Shown: positions 48,853-59,519 of the stretch, in pieces
Numbering within the stretch: the first letter of the stretch is position 1
Layout: each line of letters begins with the position of its first letter
DNA from: Chloroflexota bacterium
GTDB lineage: Bacteria; Chloroflexota; Anaerolineae; Anaerolineales; UBA4823
Length of the DNA: 64,000 nt
NCBI GenBank assembly: GCA_040752025.1
Contig: JBFMFR010000019.1
Location: forward strand, 1-64,000
Reading direction: 5' to 3'
Position numbers and translations under genes: made by a program
The notes under the pieces: model-generated
Database searches by the model: none
Told to the model about the DNA's origin: nothing
What the model saw: only the letters and a program-made list of their open reading frames with translations

Positions 48853-49722
48853 ATGAGCACAGAAATCTCGCCGCCCGCAACCCCGGACAGCGATCCCCAC
48901 TTATCGATGGGCCATCGCCTGGTAGCCATCGAACGCCACAACTTGTGGATTCACACACTCAAAGTTGGACTGGTGTGGCTGGCCTTGGTTACATTACTAT
49001 CCCTGGTCTTGATGACACTCAAAGTTGACCCCGGATACGTTGCCAATCATTACAACTTTGTGCTGGAAGGTGTATGGGTTACCATCGGTGTCTCATTGGC
49101 ATCTATTTCCATCGCATCCATTCTGGCTTTGTTAGGAGCCTTGGGGCGATTGTCCTCCAGTCCTATAGCTCAGGGTATCTCAGGCTTTTATGTCTCTGTG
49201 GTGCGTGGCACGCCACTGCTGATCCAGATCTATCTGATCTATCTGGGGCTGCCTCAAGTCGGTCGCCAGCTACAAATCCTCGGCTACCAGGAACTCGGTC
49301 GGCTCTTCACACTGACCGCCATCCAATCGGGTATCCTGGCCCTCAGCCTGAACTACGGCGCCTACATGACAGAGATCTTCCGCGCCGGCATCCAATCCAT
49401 TGGCTATGGACAGCGTGAAGCCGCCCAGGCCATCGGCCTGACTCGCTGGCAGATGATGCGCCGCATCATCCTGCCCCAGGCCGTACGTGTGATCATCCCA
49501 GATATCGGCAACCAGTTCATCGCCATGCAGAAAGATTCCGCCCTGGTGTCCGTGATGGGCATCTGGGAAATCACCTACCGCGCCAACCGCCTGGCTCGCC
49601 AGGAAAGCAAATTCATGGAAATGTTCGTGTTGGCGGCTGCTCTCTATTGGATCATTACCATTGTCTCATCCTGGCTCGAAGACCGCCTGGAACGCCGCCT
49701 TGCACACGCCTATGAACGCTAA
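48853..49722 (+). CDS. Amino acid ABC transporter permease (His/Glu/Gln/Arg/opine family)
   Basis: EAA-like loop within the [20 protein letters not shown] region. 5 to 6 TM segments. Stop overlaps the ATPase start. Confidence 0.85.
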   Translation: MSTEISPPATPDSDPHLSMGHRLVAIERHNLWIHTLKVGLVWLALVTLLSLVLMTLKVDPGYVANHYNFVLEGVWVTIGVSLASISIASILALLGALGRLSSSPIAQGISGFYVSVVRGTPLLIQIYLIYLGLPQVGRQLQILGYQELGRLFTLTAIQSGILALSLNYGAYMTEIFRAGIQSIGYGQREAAQAIGLTRWQMMRRIILPQAVRVIIPDIGNQFIAMQKDSALVSVMGIWEITYRANRLARQESKFMEMFVLAAALYWIITIVSSWLEDRLERRLAHAYER

Positions 49723-50482
49723 CCCGATCATCCACGTTGAAAACTTACATAAGTGGTTTGGCCTGTTGCACATCCTCAAAGGGATATCCTTCAACGTCCA
49801 GACCAGTGAAGTCCTGGTGATCATCGGCCGCAGTGGCTCTGGCAAGAGTACGCTGCTGCGCTGTTTGAACTTCCTCGAACAGCCCTCCTCTGGGACGATC
49901 ACCATCGCCGGCCAATCCGTGGTCACTGGCCCAGGCATCACCCCTGACCGCAAGCAGGTGCTCGCCCTGCGCTTGAGCACGGGTATGGTATTCCAGGAGT
50001 TCAACCTTTTCCCTCACATGACTGCTATACAGAATGTCATCGAGGGCCTGGTTACCGTGAAAAAGATGCCGAAAGATGAAGCTATTGCCCTGGGAGAAAC
50101 CTATCTGAGTAAAGTCGGCTTGTTGGAGAAGCGCGACGTTCACCCAATCCGCCTGTCAGGCGGCCAAAAGCAGCGCGTCGCCATCGCTCGCGCCCTGGCT
50201 ATGCAGCCCGCCGTCATGCTCTTTGATGAACCAACCTCTGCCTTGGATCCTGAGTTGATCGGTGAAGTGCTGGATGTGATGAAACAGCTTGCCCAGGAAG
50301 GCACCACCATGCTGGTCGTCAGTCACGAGATGGGTTTTGCCCACGATGTTGCCGATCGCATTCTGTATGTAGATCACGGCGAGATCGTCGAAGAAGGCCC
50401 ACCTGAGCAAATCTTCGATAACCCCAAAGACCCGCGTACCCGCACCTTTTTGGAGCCGTTGCGCAAAGTGCAACACATGTAA
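49712..50482 (+). CDS. Amino acid ABC transporter ATP-binding protein
   Basis: Walker [10 protein letters not shown], signature [15 protein letters not shown], Walker [23 protein letters not shown] start/stop overlap with the permease. Confidence 0.9.
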   Translation: MNANPIIHVENLHKWFGLLHILKGISFNVQTSEVLVIIGRSGSGKSTLLRCLNFLEQPSSGTITIAGQSVVTGPGITPDRKQVLALRLSTGMVFQEFNLFPHMTAIQNVIEGLVTVKKMPKDEAIALGETYLSKVGLLEKRDVHPIRLSGGQKQRVAIARALAMQPAVMLFDEPTSALDPELIGEVLDVMKQLAQEGTTMLVVSHEMGFAHDVADRILYVDHGEIVEEGPPEQIFDNPKDPRTRTFLEPLRKVQHM

Positions 50483-50527
50483 CAATCGCTCGCTCTTTAC
50501 AAGAATTTCAAGCTTTGTAGGAGAAGT

Positions 50528-51787
50528 ATGAGCCAGGCAGATCTTTTCTTACGCTTTAGCCTAGCCATCGGCATTGGCTTTATGATCGGCTTGCAGCGCG
50601 AGTTTGCTTCGCGCGGCTCATCACGTAAGCTGGTCGCCGGAGAACGCACCCTGGCCCTGATGGGCCTGGCCGGAGCCCTGGCAGCCATGGTCGCCGACCT
50701 GCTCAACGCTGCCCTGGCCTTTATAGCCATCATCATCCTGGTCGGTTTGTTCGTTCTGGTTGCCTATTTCATCGAAGCCTGGCGCGGGCATCCGGGCCTG
50801 ACCAGCGAAATCGCCTCCCTGATCGTGGTCCTGCTGGGCGCTTTGTGCTATTGGGGTCACATGGGCTTGGCGGTCGCCCTGGGCATCACCACGGCTGTAT
50901 TGCTCACCATAAAATTCGAGACCGAACGTCTGGTCCAGGCGCTGACCAACGAAGATATTTTTGCCGCCCTGCAACTGGCCGTCATCAGCGCCATCGTATT
51001 GCCGGTTCTACCCGATCAAAGCATCGGTCCTCCGCCCTTCGATGCCCTCAACCCTTTCAACATCTGGCTGATGGTTGTTTTCATCTCGGCAATAAACTTC
51101 TTAGGATATGTTCTGATGAAAGCTGTCGGCGCCGAGAAAGGCATCGAACTGACCGGTTTTCTCGGCGGCCTGGTATCCAGCACCGCCGTCACCCTGGGTT
51201 TCTCCGAGCGCAGCCGCCGGGAAGAACACCTCTCCAAGACCTTCGCCCTGGCCATCACCCTGGCCTGGACGGTGATGTTCGCCAGAGTGCTGGCTGAAGT
51301 GGCCGTAATGAACAAAGCTCTGCTCGCTAAAGTGGCGCCGCCTCTTCTGGCAGCCGCTTTGGCAGGCCTGCTCTACTGCGCTTTCCTGCATTTCACCCAA
51401 CATGCCACCGCCGCTGGCGAGTTGAAAGTCTCCAAGCCCGATCTGGCTTCCGCTGTCAAATTTGGCTTGTTTTACGCCGCCATCCTGCTGGTAGCCCGCA
51501 CTGCCTTGCTGTACTTCGGCAATACTGGCGTGCTGGTTTCCAGTGTCCTTTCCGGACTGGCAGACGTAGACGCCATCACCCTTTCGATGGCCGAGTTGAG
51601 TTTCGCTGGCGCTCTGGATATCGAAATTGCCGCCCTGGCAGTCATCCTGGCTACCATGTCCAACACAGTCATCAAGGGGAGCATCGTGCTCCTCGGCAGC
51701 GCCCCTGGTTTACGCAAAACCATCCTGCCTGGTCTGCTGCTGATCCTGGTTGCTGGAGTTGGGTTGGGGATAGCTCTCTTGATCTGA
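50528..51787 (+). CDS. MgtC/SapB-family membrane protein with DUF4010 domain
   Basis: N-terminal MgtC-like block (FSLAIGIGFMIGLQREF...AG.RT) followed by long polytopic DUF4010-like region. 419 aa. Confidence 0.65.
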   Translation: MSQADLFLRFSLAIGIGFMIGLQREFASRGSSRKLVAGERTLALMGLAGALAAMVADLLNAALAFIAIIILVGLFVLVAYFIEAWRGHPGLTSEIASLIVVLLGALCYWGHMGLAVALGITTAVLLTIKFETERLVQALTNEDIFAALQLAVISAIVLPVLPDQSIGPPPFDALNPFNIWLMVVFISAINFLGYVLMKAVGAEKGIELTGFLGGLVSSTAVTLGFSERSRREEHLSKTFALAITLAWTVMFARVLAEVAVMNKALLAKVAPPLLAAALAGLLYCAFLHFTQHATAAGELKVSKPDLASAVKFGLFYAAILLVARTALLYFGNTGVLVSSVLSGLADVDAITLSMAELSFAGALDIEIAALAVILATMSNTVIKGSIVLLGSAPGLRKTILPGLLLILVAGVGLGIALLI

Positions 51788-51891
51788 AAGTAATACGCCT
51801 GTCAAGCACCTGAGTGCGCGCCTGCGCGCCCCTGAGAGGTTGTAAAGCTCCCTGCTCTGGTCTATACTATGCCACGAAGGAGCCACCCCCT

Positions 51892-53505
51892 ATGCAACTC
51901 AATCGCCCTACACGCCTGATTGTCGTCGCCCTCTTGCTCGCCTGGTGCTTCGACCAGTTGTTCTGGCGCAAAACGCCGGGCATTTCTTTCCCCATCTTCA
52001 CCCTGCTCTGCCTGGCAGCCGGTTTCTGGCTGGCCTGGGTAGAGAAACGGCCCATTGCCAGTAGCAGCCTGCTGCTGCTGATCCCGATTCTGTTTTTCTC
52101 TGCCATGAGCTTCCTGCGCCGGGAGCCATTCACGCAATTCCTGAACTACACCTTCACGCTGTGGTGCCTGGCGCTGCTTTCGATCACCTGGATGGGCGGC
52201 AAATGGTGGCAGTACACCCTATTCGATCACCTGTGGAGCAGCCTCCGCTGGGTGGGCCTGGCCCTGGCAAAGCCATCCCAATTGCTGCGCTCCCCACATC
52301 CGGCAAACCCCGCAACAGACGCCCCAGCAGATCAACCCACAACCTCCAGCGCTGCGCCGCGCCAGTTTCCATCCAAGACAATTGCCGCCATCCTGCGCGG
52401 CCTGCTGCTGGCTCTGCCCGTAGTTTTCGTGCTCGCCGGCCTGCTGGCCCAGGCCGACCCGGTCTTTTCACGCGAGCTGCAACGCCTGCTCAAGATCGAG
52501 AAGCTCGGTGAATATATTTTTCGCCTGTTCTACATCCTGATTGCCGCTTACCTGTTCAGCGGCGTCCTGCTGTATTTGCTGTTTTCGAGCGCAGATGAGA
52601 AAACCACCTCTGGCGAAAAACCCCTGGTCGCCCCGTTTCTGGGCTGGCTGGAAGCCGCCACGCTCTTGTTCAGCGTGGATCTGTTATATGCCTTTTTCGT
52701 AACCGTGCAGTTCAAATACTTCTTCGGCGGCCAGGCCAACATTAACCTGGAAGGCTTCACCTACGCTGAATACGCCCGCCGCGGCTTCGGCGAGCTGGTC
52801 ATCGTCGCCATCCTCAGCCTGCTGCTGTTCCTCGGCCTGAGCGTCATCGCCCGCCGGGAGCAAAGCTGGCCGCGCCGTGTTTTCTCGGGCCTGGGCGTTG
52901 CCCTGGTCGCCCTGGTCGGGGTGATCCTGGTCTCCGCCTTCCAGCGCCTGCTCCTGTACGAGGCCGCCTACGGCTTCTCGCGCCTGCGCACCTATTCACA
53001 CGTTTTCATGTTCTGGCTGGGAGCGCTGCTGTTGGCAACCATCCTCATGGAAACCACCAGCAGGTTGCGCCATTTCGCCCTGGCGTTGGTCATCGCCAGC
53101 CTGGGCTTCGGCGCGACCCTCAACCTGCTCAATGTGGATGGCTTCGTTGCCAGCCAGAATGTGGCGCGTGCCCAGCAAGATAAAGCTCTGGATATCCCCT
53201 ATCTGGTCAGCCTTTCCGATGACAGTGTGCCCACCCTGTTTCGCCTGTTCCATGCCAGCCAGCTTCCACAACCCGTGAAAGATAAAGCCGGTGCCACCCT
53301 GGCCTGTCGCACCGCGCTTGCCCAGGGCAGCGCCCCCACACTCTGGCCCTCATTAAATATCTCACAAGAGCAGGCTCGCCTCCTGTTACAAACCTACCAG
53401 CCTGAATTGGATGCCTATCCAACCAGCCAGGATGCCGGTCATTGGCAGGTATTCATCAACCAGTTTCCTCAGAACTGCGTACAACCTGACTACTGGATGG
53501 ATTGA
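51892..53505 (+). CDS. Polytopic membrane protein of unknown function (DUF4153/DUF4173-like)
   Basis: More than 10 predicted TM helices. GAAGGAG RBS before ATG 51892. No catalytic motif recognised. Confidence 0.4.
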   Translation: MQLNRPTRLIVVALLLAWCFDQLFWRKTPGISFPIFTLLCLAAGFWLAWVEKRPIASSSLLLLIPILFFSAMSFLRREPFTQFLNYTFTLWCLALLSITWMGGKWWQYTLFDHLWSSLRWVGLALAKPSQLLRSPHPANPATDAPADQPTTSSAAPRQFPSKTIAAILRGLLLALPVVFVLAGLLAQADPVFSRELQRLLKIEKLGEYIFRLFYILIAAYLFSGVLLYLLFSSADEKTTSGEKPLVAPFLGWLEAATLLFSVDLLYAFFVTVQFKYFFGGQANINLEGFTYAEYARRGFGELVIVAILSLLLFLGLSVIARREQSWPRRVFSGLGVALVALVGVILVSAFQRLLLYEAAYGFSRLRTYSHVFMFWLGALLLATILMETTSRLRHFALALVIASLGFGATLNLLNVDGFVASQNVARAQQDKALDIPYLVSLSDDSVPTLFRLFHASQLPQPVKDKAGATLACRTALAQGSAPTLWPSLNISQEQARLLLQTYQPELDAYPTSQDAGHWQVFINQFPQNCVQPDYWMD

Positions 53506-53509
53506 CAGT

Positions 53510-54790
53510 TTACGCCACCACGCGCTGCTCCACCACGCCGTCTCGCTTCGCCAGGTCGCCCTGATAGGTGCGCAGCAGCGCCAGGCACACCAGGATGCCC
53601 AGGGCGTACATCACCAGCACCGAGCCGCCGAACGCCAGGCGCAGTTCGGTCGCATCGCTGATCAGCCCGATCAAGACAGACAGCACCGCCGTTACCAGGT
53701 TGAGCATCACGTTGCTGGCCGAGATCGTCGTCGCCTTGGTTTCCGGCGGCACCACGCTGAATTGGATCATCGTCACGCCTGGCATGACCATGTAAGTCAC
53801 CGTGCCCAGCACAAAGGCCGCCGCCATCAGCGCCGTCAGGTTATAAAGATTGAAAACGAACAACGCCGCTATCAGCCCGCCCGACATTGCCGCCAGGCTG
53901 ACCCACACCGGCGCCATGCGCGTGCGCTGGCGCACCCGGTCGATGACCCAGCCGCCCAGGACCGCTCCCAGGACGAACCCCAGGATCGCCGGCAGCAAAG
54001 CCAGCGCCGCCGCCTCGGAGTTCGGGGCGATATGATAGCGCGTCAGGTAGGTGGGCGCCCAGAAAGCAAACCCCCAATTGACCGAAGCCTGGCAGGTGTC
54101 TAAGCCAAAAGCCAGCAGCAAGCTTGGCGTGCGCAGCACGCGGGCGAACTCTCGCAAAGAAAATCGCCCGGTATATGCCCCATCGCGCCCTTCCACCGAC
54201 TCCTCGTTGGCTCCACGCTGTGGCTCGCGCACGATCCACAGCACCAACGCCCCTAGCACCAGGCCTGCCACCCCATAGTAAACAAACGGCAGCCGCCAGT
54301 GCCGCGTCCCAACCAGGCTGGCAATCACCAGCGCCGCTGCCGTTCCGACCGGGTAGGTCAGACTCATCAATCCCAGGATCAGCCCATGTCGCGGCTTGGG
54401 TACGGTGTCGGTAATCAGGGCATAAGCAGACGGGTTGAAACAGCCTTCCGCGAAGCTCATGCTCGCCCGCGCCGCCAGCAGGCCTGGGAAGCCAGTCACA
54501 AAGGCAGTCACCCAGGTCACTGCGCTCCACACCACCGTGCCCGTCGCGATAATGTACTTGCGCACCCAGCGATCAGATAGGGGTCCCCAGACAAGCTGCC
54601 CCAGCAGGGCCGCCAGGAACACCGCCGAGCGCACCGTCCCAAGCTGGGTATCGTTCATCCCCAGGTCAGCCTTCACCGCGTCGGCTACCGGTGCCAGCAG
54701 TTCTTTGTCGGCAACATTGACCACCGAGACCAGCATCAACAATAACGTAACCACCACCAGATATCGACGAGAATAGAGCACGCCTGGCAT
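53510..54790 (-). CDS. MFS transporter
   Basis: 12-TM profile. MFS motif A-like GPLSDRWVRKY. Start at MPGVLYS with AGGAGG RBS. Confidence 0.8.
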   Translation of the reverse strand: MPGVLYSRRYLVVVTLLLMLVSVVNVADKELLAPVADAVKADLGMNDTQLGTVRSAVFLAALLGQLVWGPLSDRWVRKYIIATGTVVWSAVTWVTAFVTGFPGLLAARASMSFAEGCFNPSAYALITDTVPKPRHGLILGLMSLTYPVGTAAALVIASLVGTRHWRLPFVYYGVAGLVLGALVLWIVREPQRGANEESVEGRDGAYTGRFSLREFARVLRTPSLLLAFGLDTCQASVNWGFAFWAPTYLTRYHIAPNSEAAALALLPAILGFVLGAVLGGWVIDRVRQRTRMAPVWVSLAAMSGGLIAALFVFNLYNLTALMAAAFVLGTVTYMVMPGVTMIQFSVVPPETKATTISASNVMLNLVTAVLSVLIGLISDATELRLAFGGSVLVMYALGILVCLALLRTYQGDLAKRDGVVEQRVVA

Positions 54791-54933
54791 AGCTTGACCT
54801 CCTGAGAGCGAAATATCACGGATGGGGTCAGAAGAATTGCGGCCAAGTATAGCACACCAGCCACTTGCCGAAATAGCCAAAATCGAGCATACTATCCTCA
54901 GTAAGAATTTCCACGACCCAGCAGGAGGCAGCT

Positions 54934-56235
54934 ATGTTCACGACAAAAACCGAGATTGCCATCGTTGGTTCAGGCCCGGGTGGAGCAACCCTCGCCCGCC
55001 AGTTAGCCCGGCAAGGCAAACAAGTTGTCTTGCTGGAGAGGGGCATCGACCACCGCCCACGCAGTTACTACGGCACCTACCTGGGCGCTATTCTCTACTC
55101 AGATCGAGGCAGCCTGCTCTTCACCCAGGAAGGCCTGAACATTGTGCGCCCTCTGCTGCTCGGCGGCGCCACCAGCATGTACTGCGGCTGCGCCGCTCCC
55201 CCGCCGCCCTGGCTGAAAGAGAAATACAATGTGGATATCGATGCCGAAGTCGCCGAGACCATCGACGAGTTGCACATCGCTCCTCTGCCTCCTGAGCTGC
55301 GCGGCCAGGCCTCCACCCATATAGCTCAGGCCGCCCAGGCCCTGGGCTATGACTGGCAACCCCAACTGAAGTTCATGTCGCCGGCCCGTTCGTCACGTTT
55401 CGACTGCGGCGCCAAGTGTATGCTGGGCTGCCGCTGCCGCGCCAAGTGGAACGCCGCCGAGTGGGTCGACGAAGCTGTCCAGGCTGGTGCGACCCTGTGG
55501 ACCGGGGCGCGTGTCGACCGTGTGCTTCACGCTGGTGGGCAGGTCATCGGCGTAGCTGGCCGGCGCAACGGTCAGGCCTTTCAACTCCAGGCCGATACCG
55601 TCATCCTGGCCGCTGGCGGCATCGGCACGCCGCGCATCTTGCAAGCCTCGGGTCTGTCCGCCGCCGGGCAGGGCATGACCATGGACGTGACCGTTATGGT
55701 CTATGGCTTTATCAAAGGACGCGGCATCGGCAACGAGCCTCCCATGACCTGGTCATGGGAAAACGATGAAGTCGGTTACATGCTCAGCACCCTGATCGAC
55801 CCCTGGCTGCTCTACCCGCTGATCAACATCCTCAAAGGGCCGAAATACGCTCTGTATTGGCCGCGCTGGAACAACATCCTGGGTGTGATGATCAAGCTCA
55901 AGGATTCTATCTCTGGTGGCGTTTTCCCCAACGGCAAGATCAGCAAGCCACTCACCGAGAATGATCGCCCACGACTGAGGATGGCCGAAGAGGTCTGCCG
56001 CAAGATTCTCGTTGAGGCCGGTGCCAGGCCCGAAACCATCTTCATGACGCCCCTGCGCGGCACCCACCCTAGTGGCACCGTGCGCCTGGGGGAGATGCTT
56101 GACGACAATTTGCAGACTGAAATCCAGGGCCTGTACGTATGCGACGCCAGCACCTTTCCCGAAGCCCTGGACCGTCCCACCGTGCTGACCATCATCGGCC
56201 TGGGTAAGCGCCTGGCCAGGCATCTGGCAGCATGA
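54934..56235 (+). CDS. GMC-family FAD-dependent oxidoreductase
   Basis: N-terminal Rossmann AIVGSGPGGATLARQLARQGKQVVLLERG. C-terminal GMC block with His-containing active-site region (GTHPSGTVRLG). Confidence 0.75.
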   Translation: MFTTKTEIAIVGSGPGGATLARQLARQGKQVVLLERGIDHRPRSYYGTYLGAILYSDRGSLLFTQEGLNIVRPLLLGGATSMYCGCAAPPPPWLKEKYNVDIDAEVAETIDELHIAPLPPELRGQASTHIAQAAQALGYDWQPQLKFMSPARSSRFDCGAKCMLGCRCRAKWNAAEWVDEAVQAGATLWTGARVDRVLHAGGQVIGVAGRRNGQAFQLQADTVILAAGGIGTPRILQASGLSAAGQGMTMDVTVMVYGFIKGRGIGNEPPMTWSWENDEVGYMLSTLIDPWLLYPLINILKGPKYALYWPRWNNILGVMIKLKDSISGGVFPNGKISKPLTENDRPRLRMAEEVCRKILVEAGARPETIFMTPLRGTHPSGTVRLGEMLDDNLQTEIQGLYVCDASTFPEALDRPTVLTIIGLGKRLARHLAA

Positions 56236-57257
56236 CACTCGATCCCGCCGCCCTCGCCTGCCAGCTTCAAAGCTTCCCGCGCTTGCCGCTGGCCCAATAT
56301 CCCACTCCGCTCGAATACCTGCCGCGCCTGAGCCAGGAGTTGGCCCGTCCGGTTTACGTCAAGCGCGACGATCAGCTAGGTCCCGGACTGGGCGGCAACA
56401 AGACCCGCAAACTGGAATACTTATTGGCTGACGCCTTGCAGCGCAAACACAAAAAAGTCGTCACCTTCGGCGGCTTGCAGTCCAACCACGCCCGCATCAC
56501 TGCCGCCGCCGCCCGCCGGTGCGGCCTGGAGCCTCACCTGTTCTACTTCGAGCGCCGCCCGCCGCGCCTGTCTGGCAACCTGCTGCTCAACCAGGTGCTC
56601 GGCGCCAACATGCATTTCATCCCCCTCGGTGAAGGCGCCGGCGGCATGACCCTGGAAACCACTATCCGCCTGGTGCGCTGGGTCTCCCGCTTGCTGGTTG
56701 GGCAGCACTACTTCATCCCGGTAGGTGGGCACAACTGGCTGGGCTGCCTGGGCTACGTGCAGGCCGCCCTGGAAATCGACCAACAGGCGCGTGAAATCGG
56801 GCTTTCCAACGCCTGGCTGCTGCTGGCTGCTGGCTCTGGCGGCACCCTGGCGGGCCTGTTGGCCGGTCTGGCCCTGATCGCTTCGCCCCTCCATCCCCTG
56901 GGCGTTGATGTAGGCAAGCTTTGGAAAGGCTTCCTCGCCTCCATCGCCCATCTGGCCGGCGAACTCTGCCAGCGCCTCGGCCAGCAACATAACTTCGCAC
57001 CATCTGAAATTCCACTGATCGAAGCAACCTACGTTGGCGAGCGCTACGGCCTGCCCTCCTCAGCCGGGAATATGGCTATGCGCAAATTAGCCGCCCTGCA
57101 AGGCCTGCTCCTCGACCCGGTCTACACCGCCAAGGCCTTCGCTGGCCTGCTCGATCTGGCTCAAACAGGCCAGCTTGGGCGCGACGAACCCATTATTTTC
57201 CTGCACACTGGCGGCCTCCCCGCCATCTTCGCCTTCGAACCGCGCCAGTTGGTGTAG
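56232..57257 (+). CDS. PLP-dependent 1-aminocyclopropane-1-carboxylate deaminase/D-cysteine desulfhydrase family enzyme
   Basis: YPTPLEYLPRLSQELARPVYVKRDDQLGPGLGGNKTRKLEYLL (PLP-lysine in GGNKTRKL). ATGA overlap with the preceding gene. Confidence 0.8.
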   Translation: MTLDPAALACQLQSFPRLPLAQYPTPLEYLPRLSQELARPVYVKRDDQLGPGLGGNKTRKLEYLLADALQRKHKKVVTFGGLQSNHARITAAAARRCGLEPHLFYFERRPPRLSGNLLLNQVLGANMHFIPLGEGAGGMTLETTIRLVRWVSRLLVGQHYFIPVGGHNWLGCLGYVQAALEIDQQAREIGLSNAWLLLAAGSGGTLAGLLAGLALIASPLHPLGVDVGKLWKGFLASIAHLAGELCQRLGQQHNFAPSEIPLIEATYVGERYGLPSSAGNMAMRKLAALQGLLLDPVYTAKAFAGLLDLAQTGQLGRDEPIIFLHTGGLPAIFAFEPRQLV

Positions 57258-57279
57258 AGACACCTTTCCCAAAGGTCGT

Positions 57280-58455
57280 ATGCCATCATCAACCATCGAC
57301 TACCACGAATTGATGCGCATCTTCTCCGTGCCGCGCCTCAACGGCAGCCGCGCCGAAGCCGCCACCCGCCGCGCCGTTCTTGATTGGCTCATCCAACGGA
57401 ACATCCCGTATCGTCTGCAAAGTTTCCGCCTGTATCCGTATTTCTTCATCGCCATCGGCGCCTGGATCATCGTCTCGCGCAGTCTCCTGGCCCTGGCAAT
57501 CTGGCTGCGCTGGGGTTGGCTGGCGCTGCCCATCGCCTTGCTCGGCCTTTTAGGTGGCCTGCTGGACGTTGCCCTGGATATTCCCCTGGTTTCCTGGCCC
57601 TTTGCCACCCAGGGCCACAACATTCTGCTGGAATTCGGCCCACCTGATCCGAAGCAGGAGTTGGTCATCTCGGCCCACTACGACAGTAAAACCGAACTGC
57701 TCGACCATCGACAGCGCCTGTTTTTTGTCAAGAATCTGCCGCTAGGTATCCTGCTCACCGCCCTGCTCGGCCTGCTCGGCGCTGCTGATGGCTGGCTGCT
57801 CTCGCTGGGCTCAACCTGGGCCACCTGGACTTATGCGATTGGCATCCTGCTCAGCCTGCCGCTGCTTTTCCTGGCCTGGGGTCTCGGCCTGAACCTCTCC
57901 TTGGGCCCCATGCGCCCGGTTCCCAGCCAGGGCGCAGTCGATAACGGCGCCGCCTGCGCTATCCTGCTCGGTCTGGCCCAGCGCCTGGCAGATGGCGAAA
58001 TTACCTTGCAAAACACCCGCCTGACTCTGGCCCTCTTTACCGGCGAAGAAGTCAACATGCAAGGCTCGCGCGCCTACGCCCTGCATCGTGCCTGGCCTAT
58101 CCCTGCCCTGGCTCTCAATCTGGAAGTCATGGCGCAGAGCGGCCCATATGTGTATTGGGAACAGGATGGCACCGCTTTCAAGCTGGTTCCCACCGCACCC
58201 AACGTCAACCAGAAAGTTGTCCAGGCCGTGCGAGACGTTACCGGCGTCGATCCCCAGCCCGCTGGCCCGGTCAGCAGCGACGGTTATTCATTCCTCAGAG
58301 CCGGCATCCCTACCGCCGTACTGGGCACTTACGATACGGACTTGCAAGACCGTGGCTTCCACCTGCCCAGCGACAATCTCGACCGCCTCGTCATTTCTCG
58401 CCTGCCGGAAGGTGTAGAAATCCTTACCCAATTCATCGCCAGTTTAGATCAATAG
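57280..58455 (+). CDS. M28-family zinc peptidase with N-terminal membrane segments
   Basis: Metal ligands in order: AHYDS (His-x-Asp), VDNGAACA (Asp), TGEEV (Glu-Glu), late His (FHLPSD). Confidence 0.65.
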   Translation: MPSSTIDYHELMRIFSVPRLNGSRAEAATRRAVLDWLIQRNIPYRLQSFRLYPYFFIAIGAWIIVSRSLLALAIWLRWGWLALPIALLGLLGGLLDVALDIPLVSWPFATQGHNILLEFGPPDPKQELVISAHYDSKTELLDHRQRLFFVKNLPLGILLTALLGLLGAADGWLLSLGSTWATWTYAIGILLSLPLLFLAWGLGLNLSLGPMRPVPSQGAVDNGAACAILLGLAQRLADGEITLQNTRLTLALFTGEEVNMQGSRAYALHRAWPIPALALNLEVMAQSGPYVYWEQDGTAFKLVPTAPNVNQKVVQAVRDVTGVDPQPAGPVSSDGYSFLRAGIPTAVLGTYDTDLQDRGFHLPSDNLDRLVISRLPEGVEILTQFIASLDQ

Positions 58456-58469
58456 AGTCAGGCTGCATC

Positions 58470-59519
58470 TCAGCGAATGATCACCCGCGTCCCCAGCCCG
58501 CTGCCATAACGCTTACCCGGCGCAACCGGCGGCGTTGTCCAGCGGTACAGCCATTTGGCATCCTCGTTGCGCATGTTGACGCACCCGTGGCTCATCTTGC
58601 GCCCGAAGTTATCGTGCCAGTAAGTCCCGTGAAAGGCGATCCCCCAATGGTGGAAGATGCTCACCCACGGCACGCCGGGCAGCTCGTAAGCCTCGACATC
58701 GTCTGTCAGCGCCAGGTCGCCCATGTGCCGCGATGGCCACTTCACCTGAACGTTGAACGCCCCTTGCGGTGTGGCCGTCGGCAGCCCGTCTTCACTGGAC
58801 TGGCCACGCGCCCCCGTGGATACCTGGCAGCGCCGTACCACCCGCTCGCCCTCGTAAGCAACCAGCATCTGCTCGTCCAGATTTACTTCGATGCGCTTTT
58901 CTTCAGCCGGAACATCCACAGCCAGCGGCCTGATTTCCTCTTTCGGGATCAGGCGCACGTGCGCCGCCGGGACGTAATATCTCACGTGCAGCGGCTCGTC
59001 CACCAGGGCATACCATCCTGTGCCATCCGGACCCATTTCCAATGCCGTCGCCCAGTGCACCGACTGGTAATACAGGCGATACAGCCGCTCCCAGGAGCTA
59101 TGCTGCACCCATTGCAGACTGTCTGTGAACGGCACGCTGATTTCCCCTAACTGCCCATCCTCCGGCAGCGCCTCCACAACCCGGTTGGTGTGCGCCCCAT
59201 CGATGCGCTGCACGTAGCCGCTGTGGATGTAACCCTCCCACACCCGGTACCAGCGCGGGTTGTAGCCCGGCCCGGAAGGCGATTCGATTTCTTCGATTAG
59301 CTTCAGGGTAGTATCGCGCCGCAGCCAGCCCAGCCGCGGGCTGCTGAAATCTGGTTCTTCGTGGCGGCTGATGTGGCTCGCCGTTACCCGCCCGCGCATG
59401 CGCGCCGCTTTGAACTCCTGCGGAGGCCAGGGCCCGGCCAGCGGCCCCCGCCCGGGGAACGCCGCCCCCGCCAGGCACATCCCGCTCAGCTTGAGAAAAT
59501 CTCGCCGGGAAAACCTCAT
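58470..59519 (-). CDS. Tat-exported L,D-transpeptidase (YkuD domain), copy B
   Basis: Twin-arginine signal MRFSRRDFLKLSGMCLAGAAF. Catalytic HGTYWHDNFGRKMSHGCVNMRNEDAKWLYRW. Start overlaps the copy A stop (ATGA). Confidence 0.75.
   Translation of the reverse strand: MRFSRRDFLKLSGMCLAGAAFPGRGPLAGPWPPQEFKAARMRGRVTASHISRHEEPDFSSPRLGWLRRDTTLKLIEEIESPSGPGYNPRWYRVWEGYIHSGYVQRIDGAHTNRVVEALPEDGQLGEISVPFTDSLQWVQHSSWERLYRLYYQSVHWATALEMGPDGTGWYALVDEPLHVRYYVPAAHVRLIPKEEIRPLAVDVPAEEKRIEVNLDEQMLVAYEGERVVRRCQVSTGARGQSSEDGLPTATPQGAFNVQVKWPSRHMGDLALTDDVEAYELPGVPWVSIFHHWGIAFHGTYWHDNFGRKMSHGCVNMRNEDAKWLYRWTTPPVAPGKRYGSGLGTRVIIR

Noticed and set aside
53841-54530. 229-aa minus-strand alternative-frame ORF (and several 60 to 160-aa ORFs 53411..54776) overlapping the MFS gene
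   Set aside because: GC-rich alternative frames with Arg/Gly/Pro bias. The MFS frame has 12 TM helices and an RBS.
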